DNA of 62,781 nucleotides, filler included, from Pirum gemmata (Eukaryota), in assembly GCA_002812295.1 (NCBI GenBank). It is 30 parts of 30 records of this genome, joined end to end, with 100 filler letters (N's around TTAATTAATTAA, not from the genome) between each part and the next. Parts side by side here need not be neighbours in the genome. Positions count along the whole stretch, not along the records: positions 1 to 1,972 come from PDIN01009732.1; positions 2,073 to 3,989 come from PDIN01009733.1; positions 4,090 to 6,061 come from PDIN01009734.1; positions 6,162 to 8,106 come from PDIN01009735.1; positions 8,207 to 10,118 come from PDIN01009736.1; positions 10,219 to 12,170 come from PDIN01009737.1; positions 12,271 to 14,226 come from PDIN01009738.1; 23 more parts are not named here. One strand, written 5' to 3'. The notes under the pieces were generated by a model. It did not search any database. It was not told where the DNA came from and was given only the letters and a program-made list of their open reading frames with translations. The position numbers and the translations under genes were made by a program. Shown piece after piece: positions 1 to 12,394 of the stretch. The stretch's first letter is position 1, and every line of letters starts with the position of its first letter.

Positions 1-171
1 GGACGGGGGGGGTCTACTGCTACTACTACTGGTACTACTACTACTACCTAGCTAGCTACCTAGCTACTACTACCTAGCTAGCTAGCTACTACTACCACTA
101 CTAGTACTACTAGCTACTCCTAGCTACCACTACTATGCCTACAAGCTTACTAACTGCTTAGACTACTAACT

Positions 172-285
172 GCGTCGTAGTTCTTCAAATCTTCTAACTG
201 CCATGAATCTTGAAAACTGTGGTGGTGGCGATAAGTCATCATCGTCTTGAACTTCCTTCCAAAGATCTCTACGGCTAGCATGTTC
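172..285 (-). pseudogene. piggyBac-type (DDE_Tnp_1_7) transposase fragment
   Basis: Minus-strand translation EHASRRDLWKEVQDDDDLSPPPQFSRFMAVRRFEELRR matches the W...F..M.R.RFE.LRR motif of piggyBac/PGBD proteins; it abuts a MITE and microsatellite. Confidence 0.6.
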
Positions 286-870
286 TAGGAGGGATGAGAT
301 GACGTCATTTTACTAATTGAAGGCTCTGGTACCAAAAGTTCGCCAAAATGAAATTTTTGTGATTAAAATTACTTTAAATGCTATTATTAATAGAAGCTTC
401 TAAAAATAGTAGCTACTATTTATAACTATATAAATACTATTTATGGTAACTGCGAAGTGGCGAATAGCCTTCCACTTCACCCCTCGCCCTTTTAAATGTT
501 CGCAAAGGGGTCATGATACCAGTTTTGTTTACAATGTCTACGAATAAAATTTGACTAAAAATGGTGCCCGCCATTATTTTTTTTTGGTATGATACCATTG
601 ACTAAAAATTCCTGGGCAGCACCCGCCATTATTTCAGGCCATTGTTTTTTTTGTTTATGTAGACTATGTATAGAGTATGTATAGAGGAGGGGTGAGAACT
701 CTTATGGCGAACTTTTTTGACCGAGGCACAAAGTAAATGTTGTTCGCCTGTTTCGCCTTACTATATTTAGTATTTGTAATTATTTATTTAGTAGCTACTT
801 AAGGCAAATTTCTGGAAGTTCGCCGGTCCGAGCATCCAATTAGTAAGATGACGTCATCTCATCCCTCCTA
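286..870. mobile_element. Non-autonomous DNA transposon (MITE) with 34-bp TIRs
   Basis: TAGGAGGGATGAGATGACGTCATTTTACTAATTG (286-319) is the reverse complement of 837-870 with one mismatch. Confidence 0.85.
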
Positions 871-1164
871 TGTATTATGTATAGACAGTATAGACTAATA
901 AAAAAAAATGTTTTTAATAATAGGGGGGGGAGCTGGGGGGGGTGTAGTCTTGTAGACTGTCTGACCGTGTAGCGGGGGGGTGTTCAGTTTGTAGACCTTT
1001 ACATTCTTTACCAGATTCGGAGAGGGGAAATTTCAGAAAAAAATTACGCAATATTGACGTATTTTGTTTTTTTTTACAAATTAGTAATTTAGTACCGGTA
1101 TTATAACTGGTATTATAATCGAAAAAAAAATCCAAAAAAAAAATGCCCAATAAAATTTAGGGTG

Positions 1165-1500
1165 AATTTGTCGAATCTATTTGTTTATTTATTCTATTTA
1201 TTAGGGGTATTTGTTAAATTGTTCGGTTTTTAGCATTTTTTTGGCATTGTCGAATCTATTAGTTTATTTAGAAACTTTTAGTTTATTTAGATTTGAAAAT
1301 ACTTTTTTCGAGTGAATTTGTTAAATTGTAGCGGTTTGCAGCATTTTTTGCACTGTCGAATCTATTAGTTTACTTACTGAAATTCGGGTAAATTTGTTAA
1401 ATTGTTTTTAAATAACAATTCGGTTTGGAGCATTTTTTTTGCAATGTCGAATCTATTAGTTTATTTAGATTTGAAAATGCAATTTTTCGGGTGAATTTAT
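1165..1500. repeat. Degenerate ~80-110 bp tandem repeat, about 4 units
   Basis: GTCGAATCTATT...GGGTGAATTTGTTAAATTG recurs at ~1170, 1249, 1355, 1446. Confidence 0.75.
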
Positions 1501-1899
1501 TAAGTTCTTCTTTCTTCTAATAAAACCTGACCCTAACAGTCCCTAACCGTAATCCTAACTGTAAAACCTATCAAATGTAACCCTACTACTACTGATACTA
1601 CTAGCACTACTACTAATACTACTAATACTACTAATACTAAATCTAACCGTAATCCTAATCTTAGCTCTGATCCTAACTCTAACCTTAATCCTAATCCTAA
1701 CCCTACCCCTGGTTTTAAGCCTAAGCCTATCTCTGGTAGGACCCCTCTCTGGTCCTAACCTTAACCCTAACCCTGATTCTAACGACTCTTTAACCCTATT
1801 ATTTAAAACAGCCCTAATAGAGAGATGGCGCATTAATAATAAATATTTCTGTTATTTTTTTTTCTGGCAATTTTTTCTGGCGATTATGTTTGAAGTGCT

Positions 1900-1942
<43 letters not shown>

Positions 1943-1972
1943 TTTATTATTATTAATATTAATTAATGATGT

Positions 1973-2072
1973 NNNNNNNNNNNNNNNNNNNNNNNNNNNN
2001 NNNNNNNNNNNNNNNNTTAATTAATTAANNNNNNNNNNNNNNNNNNNNNNNNNNNNNNNNNNNNNNNNNNNN
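1973..2072. other. Artificial scaffold linker (N-run + TTAATTAATTAA + N-run); recurs about every 2 kb through the window
   Basis: Identical 100-nt spacer with stops in all six frames at ~1973, 3990, 6062, 8107, 10119, 12171 ... 59926. Confidence 0.97.
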
Positions 2073-2757
2073 AAACAAAATGGCAAAACAAAATGGCAAA
2101 ACAAAATAACAAAAAAAAAAGGTAAAAATAAAATGTCAAAAATAAAATGTCAAAACAAAATGGCAAAACAAAATGGCAAAACCCAATTTAGTGAGAAAAA
2201 AAAAAAACTTGAATGGTATTATATTATTTTTTTTAAAACTAAAACTTTTCTAAACATACCAGTAATATATATCTAGATCTATTGATACTCTATTATCTTG
2301 TATACGTTGGTTACTACTAGATCTAACTGTATTTTTTAAAAAAATCACTCGCCTTAGTAGTACAGGTATGACATGGCATAGATTATCTATCCATTCTTTT
2401 TATTTATTCTGTCACTCTAAATAATTATTTGGAGGGTTATAATATTTAAATTGACACTTTTAAATAATTATGGAGATAATAAAATATACCAAATTAAATT
2501 AAATGGATTTATATTTTATTAATTTGGTACTCTTTATTGTATATTTCATGATGACTACTGGTAGTTTTTATTTTATCACTCCGAATATTTATTTGGTTGG
2601 TTATAATTTTTTAATTGACATTGTTAAATGAATTTATAGATAATAAAATATACCAAATTAAATGAAATGGATTTATATTGTATTAATTTGGTACTATTTA
2701 TTGTATATTTATAGATTTATAGATATTATCATAGTATCATATACTCTACCACCTAAN

Positions 2758-2937
2758 GGGAACATTCATAAAGGACGTCACTTATTCTTTGATAAAAGTC
2801 ATTGCTCAAAAGTGTGACTTAAACTGTTTTAGGCAGTAATTAATTATTAAAAATGAACTTTTTAAAATTATGACCAAAAGTGTTTTGGACAAAGAGGCAT
2901 AGGTAAGATTAGGTGACGTCCTTTATGGATGATTCTT
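2758..2937. mobile_element. MITE family D (~180 bp); second copy 24196-24371, partial inverted copy ~4903-4975, related ends at 8682-8852
   Basis: TIRs GGAACATTCATAAAGGACGTCAC / GTGACGTCCTTTATGGATGATTC; near-identical copy on another scaffold. Confidence 0.8.
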
Positions 2938-3111
2938 TTTTAAAAAAGACTAAGGTTGGCCTAGATCCAGGTCTAGCTAGTTACTCTAGCTTGTATGATA
3001 GACTATTCATAGACTATTCTACCTCACTTTTTTAATGGGAGAGAATTTCTGCTTTTTTTAAAATATGAAATAATAATATAAAAAAAAACTAAAAATTTTA
3101 ACCTCTTCCAC

Positions 3112-3143
<32 letters not shown>

Positions 3144-4226
3144 AACCCCCACCAAAAAAAAAAAAAAAAAAAAAAAAAAATCAAACTTAATAACACTTAG
3201 CTATGTTCAAACATTCGAACTTTCCAAAAGAATAATAGCATTATGGGTAGAATTTAGAGGGAAACTAAAAATATAGTGTTAAATAATTAGAAATTATGGG
3301 GCAGAATACAAGTTTCTAGTTAGTATTACTAACTACCAGTATACCAGTCTACCACCTTTAGATAACTCGTTATTATAGGTCTAGCTAGACTCTAGAGTCT
3401 AAAAAGGATTTTTTTTTTTTTTTTTGTTTATTTTTTTTTGGGATTGAACAGCTGATTGGTTTTTTTGTATATAAATATCCCTATAATGAGGATAAGTTAG
3501 CCTAATTGACGGTTTTCCGTTTCCGTTGCTAGGGCCATACATTCTGTTCTGTTTAAAAATCGAGATTTCGAGTCTATGTATTAATCAATAAGTTCGAAAT
3601 GTTCAAGTTAACAATGAAGTATTTTTAATTAAAAATATACTAAACCCGAAAAATACGAAAAAAAAAATTTTTTTCAAACGGAGCTGCATTTTGCCTTTTT
3701 TTTACAAAATAAATTCGGAGTTTTCGGGTTTGAGCAGAATTGGAAGAGTTATATAGACTGATTTTAAAAAAAAATATGAATATTATTGTATTATAAAAAA
3801 TGTGAATTTTCCTTATCTAAGGTTACATTGTATTGTATTGTATTATCATATATATTTGTATTGTTACTCATCACTTTTTTATGTTTGTTTTTCTAATTTA
3901 TTAATAATTAAAGTTCTTTGAGATGAGATATACCAGAAATAGTTAGGTTAGGTATTATTCTTATTATTATTATTATTATTATTATTATTNNNNNNNNNNN
4001 NNNNNNNNNNNNNNNNNNNNNNNNNNNNNNNNNTTAATTAATTAANNNNNNNNNNNNNNNNNNNNNNNNNNNNNNNNNNNNNNNNNNNNTATTATATAAT
4101 ATATTTAATATAAATATATTATAATATACCATATAGTATTTGGTAAATTCATGTTCATTTGTTAAGTATTTGAATAATATGTGCTACAGTAGTGACTTGA
4201 TGCTTAGGTTCGTGCTAGGTAGGCTT

Positions 4227-4436
4227 CTCCCAATTCTGCTTTGTTTAAAAAATCGTGTTAGAGCCTATGCATTGATTATATAAGTTCGAAAATTTTAAGC
4301 TAACAGGTAAGTATTCAAGTATATTTATTTATTTATAAACCCGAAAAAATGGAAAAAACAATTTTCGAACAAGGCTGAATTTCGGCTTTTTTTACAGCAG
4401 AAATTCGAGTTTTCGGGCTCGAGCAGAATTGGGAGA
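4227..4436. mobile_element. MITE family E (~210 bp); copies at ~3540-3748 and ~45961-46157
   Basis: TIRs CTCCCAATTCTGCT / AGCAGAATTGGGAG; three alignable copies. Confidence 0.8.
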
Positions 4437-4602
4437 GTTTAAGAGTTACGTTCGTGTTAAAGTTCACCGTCATGCTATCACAATCACTAATAGTTTTAAT
4501 TTCTACATTCGGGATAGTTAATATATATATATTGATGTTGTTATCATTCTCGTTATCGTTAGGGTTAGGGTTAGGGTTAGGGTCAGGGTTATTATTTGAT
4601 TA

Positions 4603-4777
4603 TCGTGCTTTTCATTTATTAAATATTTATTTGGAGGGTTATAAAATTTAAATTGACACCTTTAAATAAATATATAGTTAATAAAATATACCAAATTAAA
4701 TGAAATGGATTTATATTGTATTGCTTTGGTACACTTTATTGTATAGTTTATGATGACAAAACAACTGAAAAGCACTA
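4603..4777. mobile_element. MITE family A (~175-185 bp, TA-flanked), the most abundant repeat in the window
   Basis: TIRs TCGTGCTTTTCA / TGAAAAGCACTA; full or partial copies at ~2395, 2570, 5232, 6280, 6669, 16800, 17870, 18045, 21247, 22180, 24909, 28285, 31570, 32298, 33212, 37850, 46759, 62511. Confidence 0.9.
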
Positions 4778-5429
4778 TAAGCAGTGTTTTCTCTGAATCC
4801 TCTCAAAAATTGCCAAAATCTGTGCTAAATAACAGCATATTCTAATTTGTTAATTAGAATTTCCATATTAGTCCCAGAGAAAAGTTTTTGACTTTTGCTC
4901 TAAGGAAACACCCATAAAGGACTTCACCTAATCTTACCTATGCTTTGTTCAAAACACTTTTGGTCATAATTTTGAAGTATTATTATTATTATTGTTATAT
5001 TTAGTAGTAGTAGTGGTGGTATTAATGGTAATAATAATAATAATAATTATAAAAGTAGTAGTAGTAGTGGTGGTGGTGGTGGTGGTTGTTTTTGAAGTAG
5101 CAATCGTAGTGTGGTGGTTGTTGTTTTTGAAGTAGCAATAGTAGTAGTAGTATTAATTGTTTAGTAATAAAATAATAAAAAATAAAAAAGACGAATATTG
5201 TTTATTTGTCAAATATATATAAAAGCATTATCCTGCTTTTCATTTATTTTGGTCACTTTTGATTATTTATTTGGTACTTTCAAAATTATAAAGGTTTATT
5301 TTGAAAAAGTTAAAAAATAAATAATAAACATACAATATTAATTAAAATGTATCAAATAGATTCGATACAGTGATAACTTGGTACTTATTATTGTATATTT
5401 TATTATGATAAAATATCTGAAAAGCACGA

Positions 5430-5625
5430 TAATTTCCAAAAACAGTAGTTTTGAAAATTTGATTTCCAAAAAAAGTAGTTTGAAATTTTGATTTCCAAAA
5501 AGAGTAGCTTTAAATTTTGTTTTCCAAATAAGGTGATTTCCAAAAAAGGTAATTTTGATTTCCAAAAATAATAATTTAGATTTCCAAAAAAAAGTAGTTT
5601 TGAAAATTTTGACTTTCAAAAAAGG
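5430..5625. repeat. Minisatellite of GATTTCCAAAAAAAGTAGTTTTGAAAATTTT-like units
   Basis: About 7 degenerate units of 14-31 bp. Confidence 0.7.
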
Positions 5626-6857
5626 TAAAACAAAAACTTGTGATTACTTTTTTACAATAAATAAAAGAGTGCAACACGAACAAGACTACTTATTATCCTT
5701 TTCCAACCCTAACCCTAACCTGATAACAGGCTAAAAAAAAGGGAGAGAGGAGCGGGGGAGAACGGGGTAATAAACTAAACATGATAGTAATAAAAATTGC
5801 TGCACAAATTTTGGGGGAGGGCTGAGGGTTGATTAGTCAAACTCTCTCTAACTATATATAAATTTTCAATCGAATATAACTCGACAACTAACTAGAAAAT
5901 TCATAAATACTAAAAACAAGAAAAATACATACAAAGTTTGTTTTTATTTATTTATTCAATCTTTCTTTGCTTTTTTTCTTTCTGATTTTGCCTGTATAAA
6001 TAATAAATAATAAATCATAAATAATAAATAATAAATAATAAAAAATAAAAAATAAAATATANNNNNNNNNNNNNNNNNNNNNNNNNNNNNNNNNNNNNNN
6101 NNNNNTTAATTAATTAANNNNNNNNNNNNNNNNNNNNNNNNNNNNNNNNNNNNNNNNNNNNTTTTTTTTGTTGTTGCTGTATGCATGTGGTTGCCACTGG
6201 TTGGCGAGCCTTATCAGCTCGATAACAAAAAAAAATCGATTATTATTTCGATATGAATTTAGTTGAAAATTTTTCGATTACTCATTTGGTATCATTTATT
6301 GTATATTTTATGATGACAAAACAACTAAAAAGCACTATACTTTCATAATTATGATAATAATTATGATTTAAAAATACAGTATCGAATCGAGTCACATTCC
6401 ATGCTCGAAAAGAAATTCTGAGTTGAAAACTGTGACTAAAACATTTTCAACAAAAACTAAAAAAAACAAAAATACCAAAAACAACTTTAAAACAACTATA
6501 ATATCCTTATGAGCGTGACAATATGCCTTTCAATACGGTACCCTTACTAAACCATATTAACTAAGTAGCTATCATACCCCTAACCCTAATCCTAACCCTA
6601 ACCCTAACCCTAACCCTAACCCTAACCCTAACCCAAACATACATGTAATTAATTTTTTAAAACCCATATCGTGCTTTTCTTTTATTTTGTCACTCTGAAT
6701 ATTTATTTGGAGGGTTATAATCTTTAAATTGACATTTTTAAATCAATAAATAGATAATAAAATATACCAAATTNAAAAGCACTATATAAATACATTATTT
6801 ATATTCTAATAATGTCAAAAAAATTTTAAACCTACTAAATAACTATTTTAAAAAATA

Positions 6858-7090
6858 CAGTAGGGGTGAGATATCTACTGGAACTTTTTTCGAACATATG
6901 CTTATCGAGCCAACCTTAGTTTCGTGTTTCTTACTAATAATAGCTGTTAAATAGCTAAAAATAGTAAATTTAATTATAGTAAATAACAATTAAAGTAATA
7001 ATATTAACATTAATAGTAATAAAACCATAAAATCGGAAAAGTTCTGGCAGCTGTTCGGTAATAATAAAATGACGTTATCTCACCCCTACT
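6858..7090. mobile_element. MITE (~230 bp) with TAGTAGGGGTGAGAT ends; copy at 17089-17322, fragment ~39195-39270
   Basis: TIRs AGTAGGGGTGAGAT / ATCTCACCCCTACT; two near-identical copies; ends related to the 286-870 element. Confidence 0.85.
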
Positions 7091-8206
7091 TAAAATACTT
7101 ACATTCGAAAACTGAAAAATCTAATAAAACCTAAAAGTTGGACGTTTTTTTATTGTTTACAACTTCGCACCAAAGATGTATTGATAGGAAAAAAAAAAAA
7201 AATTGGTAGTTAAAAACTTTTCTATTGGCTAATATATGAAAATTTACAGCCAATAAGTGTTAATAATTGTTATTAGGCTATAATTATTGGTGAACTTTTC
7301 TTTCTAGTTTTTCATTTGTTCTTTTTATATTTCTATGATTTTTTACCAAAATTTTCCCCCTTTTTTTTTTAACACCACTGCCGGATAAAACTGCCTAAAT
7401 CATTTTTTAGACTTGCCCGATTAGTCACCGTCTTTAGTGCTATTTAGCTAATTATTTAGCTGCTATTTAGCCAAATTATTATTAAAAACTGGCCATTGGA
7501 TCATGAATCATAACAGAGTTTTCTTAAAAAAAAATTTTTTTTGATATTTTCATTCAAGGACTTCAAACTAATTCAAAGTCCTTGTTTCATTTTTTTGGTG
7601 GATAGAAAAAGATTTCATCAGATTTTGAAGCTCACATGGCGGATTTTGCAATTTTGCAATTTTATTTAGCATGGGGTGTTAAAAAAAAATGATGTGTATC
7701 ATAATATAGACTAGTTATCATAATTATAATAACTGTGAGAGCAATGTGAGTTAGCTCTCGTTAGTTTGTTCTACTTGGACTAGATGATAATTATGATATA
7801 ACAACACTATAGCCTAATCCCAGACATTTATAAAGTAGCCAATAAACTACCAGTAGTAATAGTGGTAGTAGTAATAATAATGGCAGTAGTAGTAGAAGTA
7901 ATAGTATTAGTAGCAGTAGCAGTGGTAGTGGTAGCAGAAGTGGTAGTGGTAGTGTAGTGGTGGTGGTAGTGGCAGTAGTAGTAGCTATAGTGGCAGAGCA
8001 GTAGTAGTAGTAGAGTAGTAGAGTAGTAGTAGTGGTGGTGGTGGTGGTGGTGGTGGTGGTGGTGGTAGCGGTAGTGGTAGTAGTAGTAGTAGTAGTAGTA
8101 GTAGTANNNNNNNNNNNNNNNNNNNNNNNNNNNNNNNNNNNNNNNNNNNNTTAATTAATTAANNNNNNNNNNNNNNNNNNNNNNNNNNNNNNNNNNNNNN
8201 NNNNNN

Positions 8207-8242
<36 letters not shown>

Positions 8243-8399
8243 GCACGTAATAGTTAAACTCGTATAACTTTTAATATCTTTGTTAGAATTAATAATAGTA
8301 CAAAAAAAGCAATCTCAAAATAGTAACAAAAACATTTACCTATATTCAGAAAGTTTGTATTGTTGATGTGCTCTAATTTATATTAGTAAAAAGTTAATT

Positions 8400-9210
8400 G
8401 ATCAGGGTTCTTAATTAACCGAGCTCTCAATTAATCAATTTTTCAATTAACCAAGCTTTCGATGATTAATCGAGCTTTCAATTTATCAAGCTTTCAATTC
8501 AAATTCATGGGAGCTTTTTAATATTTTAATTATTATTTTCTCTCATCTTTCAACCATTTGAAGCCCCTTTTATATATATATACTTTTAGTACTCAACATA
8601 AATTAATCAATTAAAATAATAAATAATTATAATTTACTAAAATTAAAAACTTATTTTAACCAATAATAACTAAGTTCAATTAGGAAACATTCATTAATAA
8701 CGTCATCATAAAAATAACAGACCCCTCCCTCCTCCATCTGACCCTATCAGGTGAAATTATAAGCTTTCAGATTGTAATCTAAACCATTAAAATGGCAATC
8801 TCGAAAAAAGGTATGTTTAAAAAAGTGACGTCATTAAAATGAATGTCCCTCACTATATTAATATATTATAGCCAATAATAGCATTACGAATAACCAATCA
8901 CAATCACACAAATCATATTACATCAGCCAATAGAATCATCACTATAATCATGCTGTTTACATTCATCGAGCTTTCAATTCATCGAGCTTTCAATTCATCG
9001 AGCTTTCAATTCATCAAGCTTTTAAATTCATCGAGCTTTCAATTAATCGAGCTTTCAATTAATCGAGCTTTTAATAATCGAGCTTTTAATTAATCAAGTT
9101 TTTAATTAATCGAGCTTTTAATAATCGAGCTTTTAATTAATCAACTTTTTAATTAATCGAGCTTTTAAATAATTGAGCTACCCATTAATCGAGCAATCAA
9201 TTAATAGAGA
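8400..9210. repeat. Array of 16-17 bp units (TTCAATTCATCGAGCT / TTAATTAATCGAGCT), densest at 8960-9200, interrupted by a MITE
   Basis: About 14 tandem units at 8960-9200 plus ~5 at 8410-8500; resembles subterminal repeats of DNA transposons. Confidence 0.7.
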
Positions 9211-9525
9211 GCTATTAATCAAAAAAATCGGGTTTCAAACACTAATCTTCAAGATCCCGAGAATGCGGAAATGCGATTTTGTGTTTGTTTAAAATTCTTT
9301 CATTGGCTTGAAGAGCCGCCTCCCGTTCTATGCACATAACCCTATTATTATTATTATTATTTATAAGAATTATAATAATTTAACGAAAACAATAACAACA
9401 ATAATAAACTACTACAACTAAAACAAAAACAAAAACAACAACAACAATAATAATAATAATAACAATAACAACAGCAATAATAACAATAATCAATAATAAT
9501 CAATAATCAAAAATAATACTAATAC

Positions 9526-9569
<44 letters not shown>

Positions 9570-9711
9570 CCAACAATAACAACCAAGAACAACAACATAC
9601 TAGTCAATTTTATGTGGACACTCAAAATAATATTATAACATAATAAATAAATATAATTTTTATTTTTGACATGGGGGGAATTAATAAATGACCTCAATGA
9701 TTTAGAAGGGC

Positions 9712-9988
9712 AAGGTTAGGGTTAAGGGTTACCATTAGGGTTAGGGTTAAGTGGAGGGTTAGGGTTAACGGTTAGGGTTGGGGTTAAGGGTTAAGGATTA
9801 GGGTTAGGGTTAGGGTTAGGGTAAAGGGTTAAGGGTTAGGGTTAGGGTTAGGGTTAAGGGTTAGGGTTAGGGTTAAGGGTTAGGGTTAAGGGTTAAGGGT
9901 TAGTGTTAGGGTTAAGGGTTAAGGGTTAAGGGTTAGGGTTAGGGTTAAGGGTTAAGGGTTAAGGGTTAGGGTAGGGTTAGGTTAGGGA
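9712..9988 (-). repeat. Interstitial telomere-like array (GGGTTA/GGGTTAA)n
   Basis: Direct repeat array, internal to the scaffold. Confidence 0.9.
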
Positions 9989-12394
9989 ACTTTTAATCAA
10001 ATATAATTGATGCTCAAATACTTCCAACTAAAAAAACATAACAAAACACAAAACAAAACAAAACAAAACAAAACAAACCAAAACAAAACAAACCAAAACA
10101 AAACAAAACAAAACAAAANNNNNNNNNNNNNNNNNNNNNNNNNNNNNNNNNNNNNNNNNNNNTTAATTAATTAANNNNNNNNNNNNNNNNNNNNNNNNNN
10201 NNNNNNNNNNNNNNNNNNAAAAAAAAAAAAAAAAAAAATAAAAAAAAATAAAATAAAATAAAAAACATCAAGAAATATTAAATTTTATTAATCGAAGACA
10301 AAAAAAATTCGTTAATTTTAATTAATCTTTAATTTTTACATACAACTCAAAAAACCGTGGTTATTGCTATTATTGCATAAATAATTGTAATTTAATACTT
10401 TTAAATTAAAATTATTCGAATATATGATTCGCAAATTTCGTCTATAACATCATCATTGAATAAAAGCAAGGGATAAAATTTGGCTCTATTGCTTGTATTT
10501 TAATATTAAATTTTTTAAAAACTATATAATATTATATATGTTCTTATAATATATTTTGGTTGATTATTAATAATTCTTTAATTAATATTTCCTTCTTTAT
10601 TTCATTCACAAGTTTTTCCCCTTCTTTTTCGTCATTAACTTTCTACATTTAAATTTGCATATATTAATAATATTATTATAATACTAGATCATGTATAGTT
10701 TATATAATAGTTGAACTATATATAACTTAATATTGTGGCTCTTTCGTTAGAGCGGAGTCTCATCAATAACTAAAATAAAGGTTAGTGGTTCTTTCCGCTG
10801 CCACACTACTACATGTCTTAATCATACCCTCTAGCTAGAGTAGGCCACAATCATGTCAAAAACAAAATTTAATTTAAAAAGAAATTAAAGGGTTAGCGCT
10901 AGAACTGTGCTAGATCAGCTGTGCTTCCAATTGCTACCGAAGGGACATCCCGCTATCTGGTCCTCTCAATTGTTAATTTGGCACTGTTTAAATTTATAAT
11001 TGAACTTGTTTATAAAATAAAACATTAAAAATAAATTACCAAATTACCAGTAATTAGTTTTTATTTTAAAACCAGAACAATAATTTGGTACAATTATTTC
11101 AGTTTTTGTACTGGGCAACACTATTGAAAAAACACGATGCACTCACGACGAGGTATGTGCGAAAAGTGCAAACATTACTTTTAATTAATAATAATAATAA
11201 CAATAATAATAATAATAGACTATAATAAAAATTTAAAAAGTTGTGTGTATGTAGTACATTTTTTCAGATAGCTATTAAATTTTATACTAGCTATTTCTTA
11301 TATATTATAATATAATATTATATATGATATCATAATAATTGTTATTTGGTGTTTCGATAGGTTACGATAGTGGTAAAGATCAAAAAGAGAATACAGTAGC
11401 AGTCAATTTCTCGGTGGTGAATCAGGAATTCGTGCGGAAGACCACGCGATTAGTGTCGGTTTCTACAATGTACGCTCCTTTTAACAATATAATAATATTA
11501 TAATAGTCTAACGGATGGAATTCCGTTATATTAATTAAAAAACAAAAAAAAGACAACTTTTTTTTTTTTGTTTTTTATCAAGAAATATTTATTATTATCA
11601 TCTTACTTTGATTTTCAGTTTTTTAGGTCTATTAGACTTCTATTAGGTAGGTAGGTGGTATTTGACCGGAAATTAACGTCGAGGGGCAGGTAGGTAAGGG
11701 GTATTTGAAGCTGTATTTGACCGGAAATTGGCGTTACTAAAAGTTCCAGAATTTAGTCGACATTTTTTTAGATAGCTATCATCTGTTATATTTATAAATA
11801 TAATAATATATCATATGATAATTGTTATTTATATATATTATATATAATTGTATAGACAATTTTTGCGGGATAAGCATAAAACTGGTACTTTATAATAATA
11901 TAATATATTATAAATTAATATAATATATAGACGTTAATTAATATGAGTATTTACATTCTTAATAAATAGTCTATTTAAAAGAATGTAAATGAACATATTA
12001 ACGTCAATATATATATTATATTATTATACCGGTAGAGTATATATTAATATCATTATTATGATATTTAGGAAAGTTCCGAAAGAGCCACATCTGGTTCCAT
12101 ATATATTGACTACTACTTTCTTTTTCTAATCTTTACATTCTATTAATTCCCAATAATAATAATAATAATANNNNNNNNNNNNNNNNNNNNNNNNNNNNNN
12201 NNNNNNNNNNNNNNTTAATTAATTAANNNNNNNNNNNNNNNNNNNNNNNNNNNNNNNNNNNNNNNNNNNNATCATTTTTTTTTTTTTTGTTAATAATAAT
12301 TTAATAAAATCAATTAAAAGTAGACTCTTTTATATTATAAAGTAACAATTATACCTGTCAAAGATAAATAAAAAAAACAAAAAATAAATCAACC

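Noticed and set aside
9320..9342. DEAD-box motif VI (YVHRTG) in one minus-strand frame
   Set aside because: It lacks the RxGR continuation and the frame stops after a few codons
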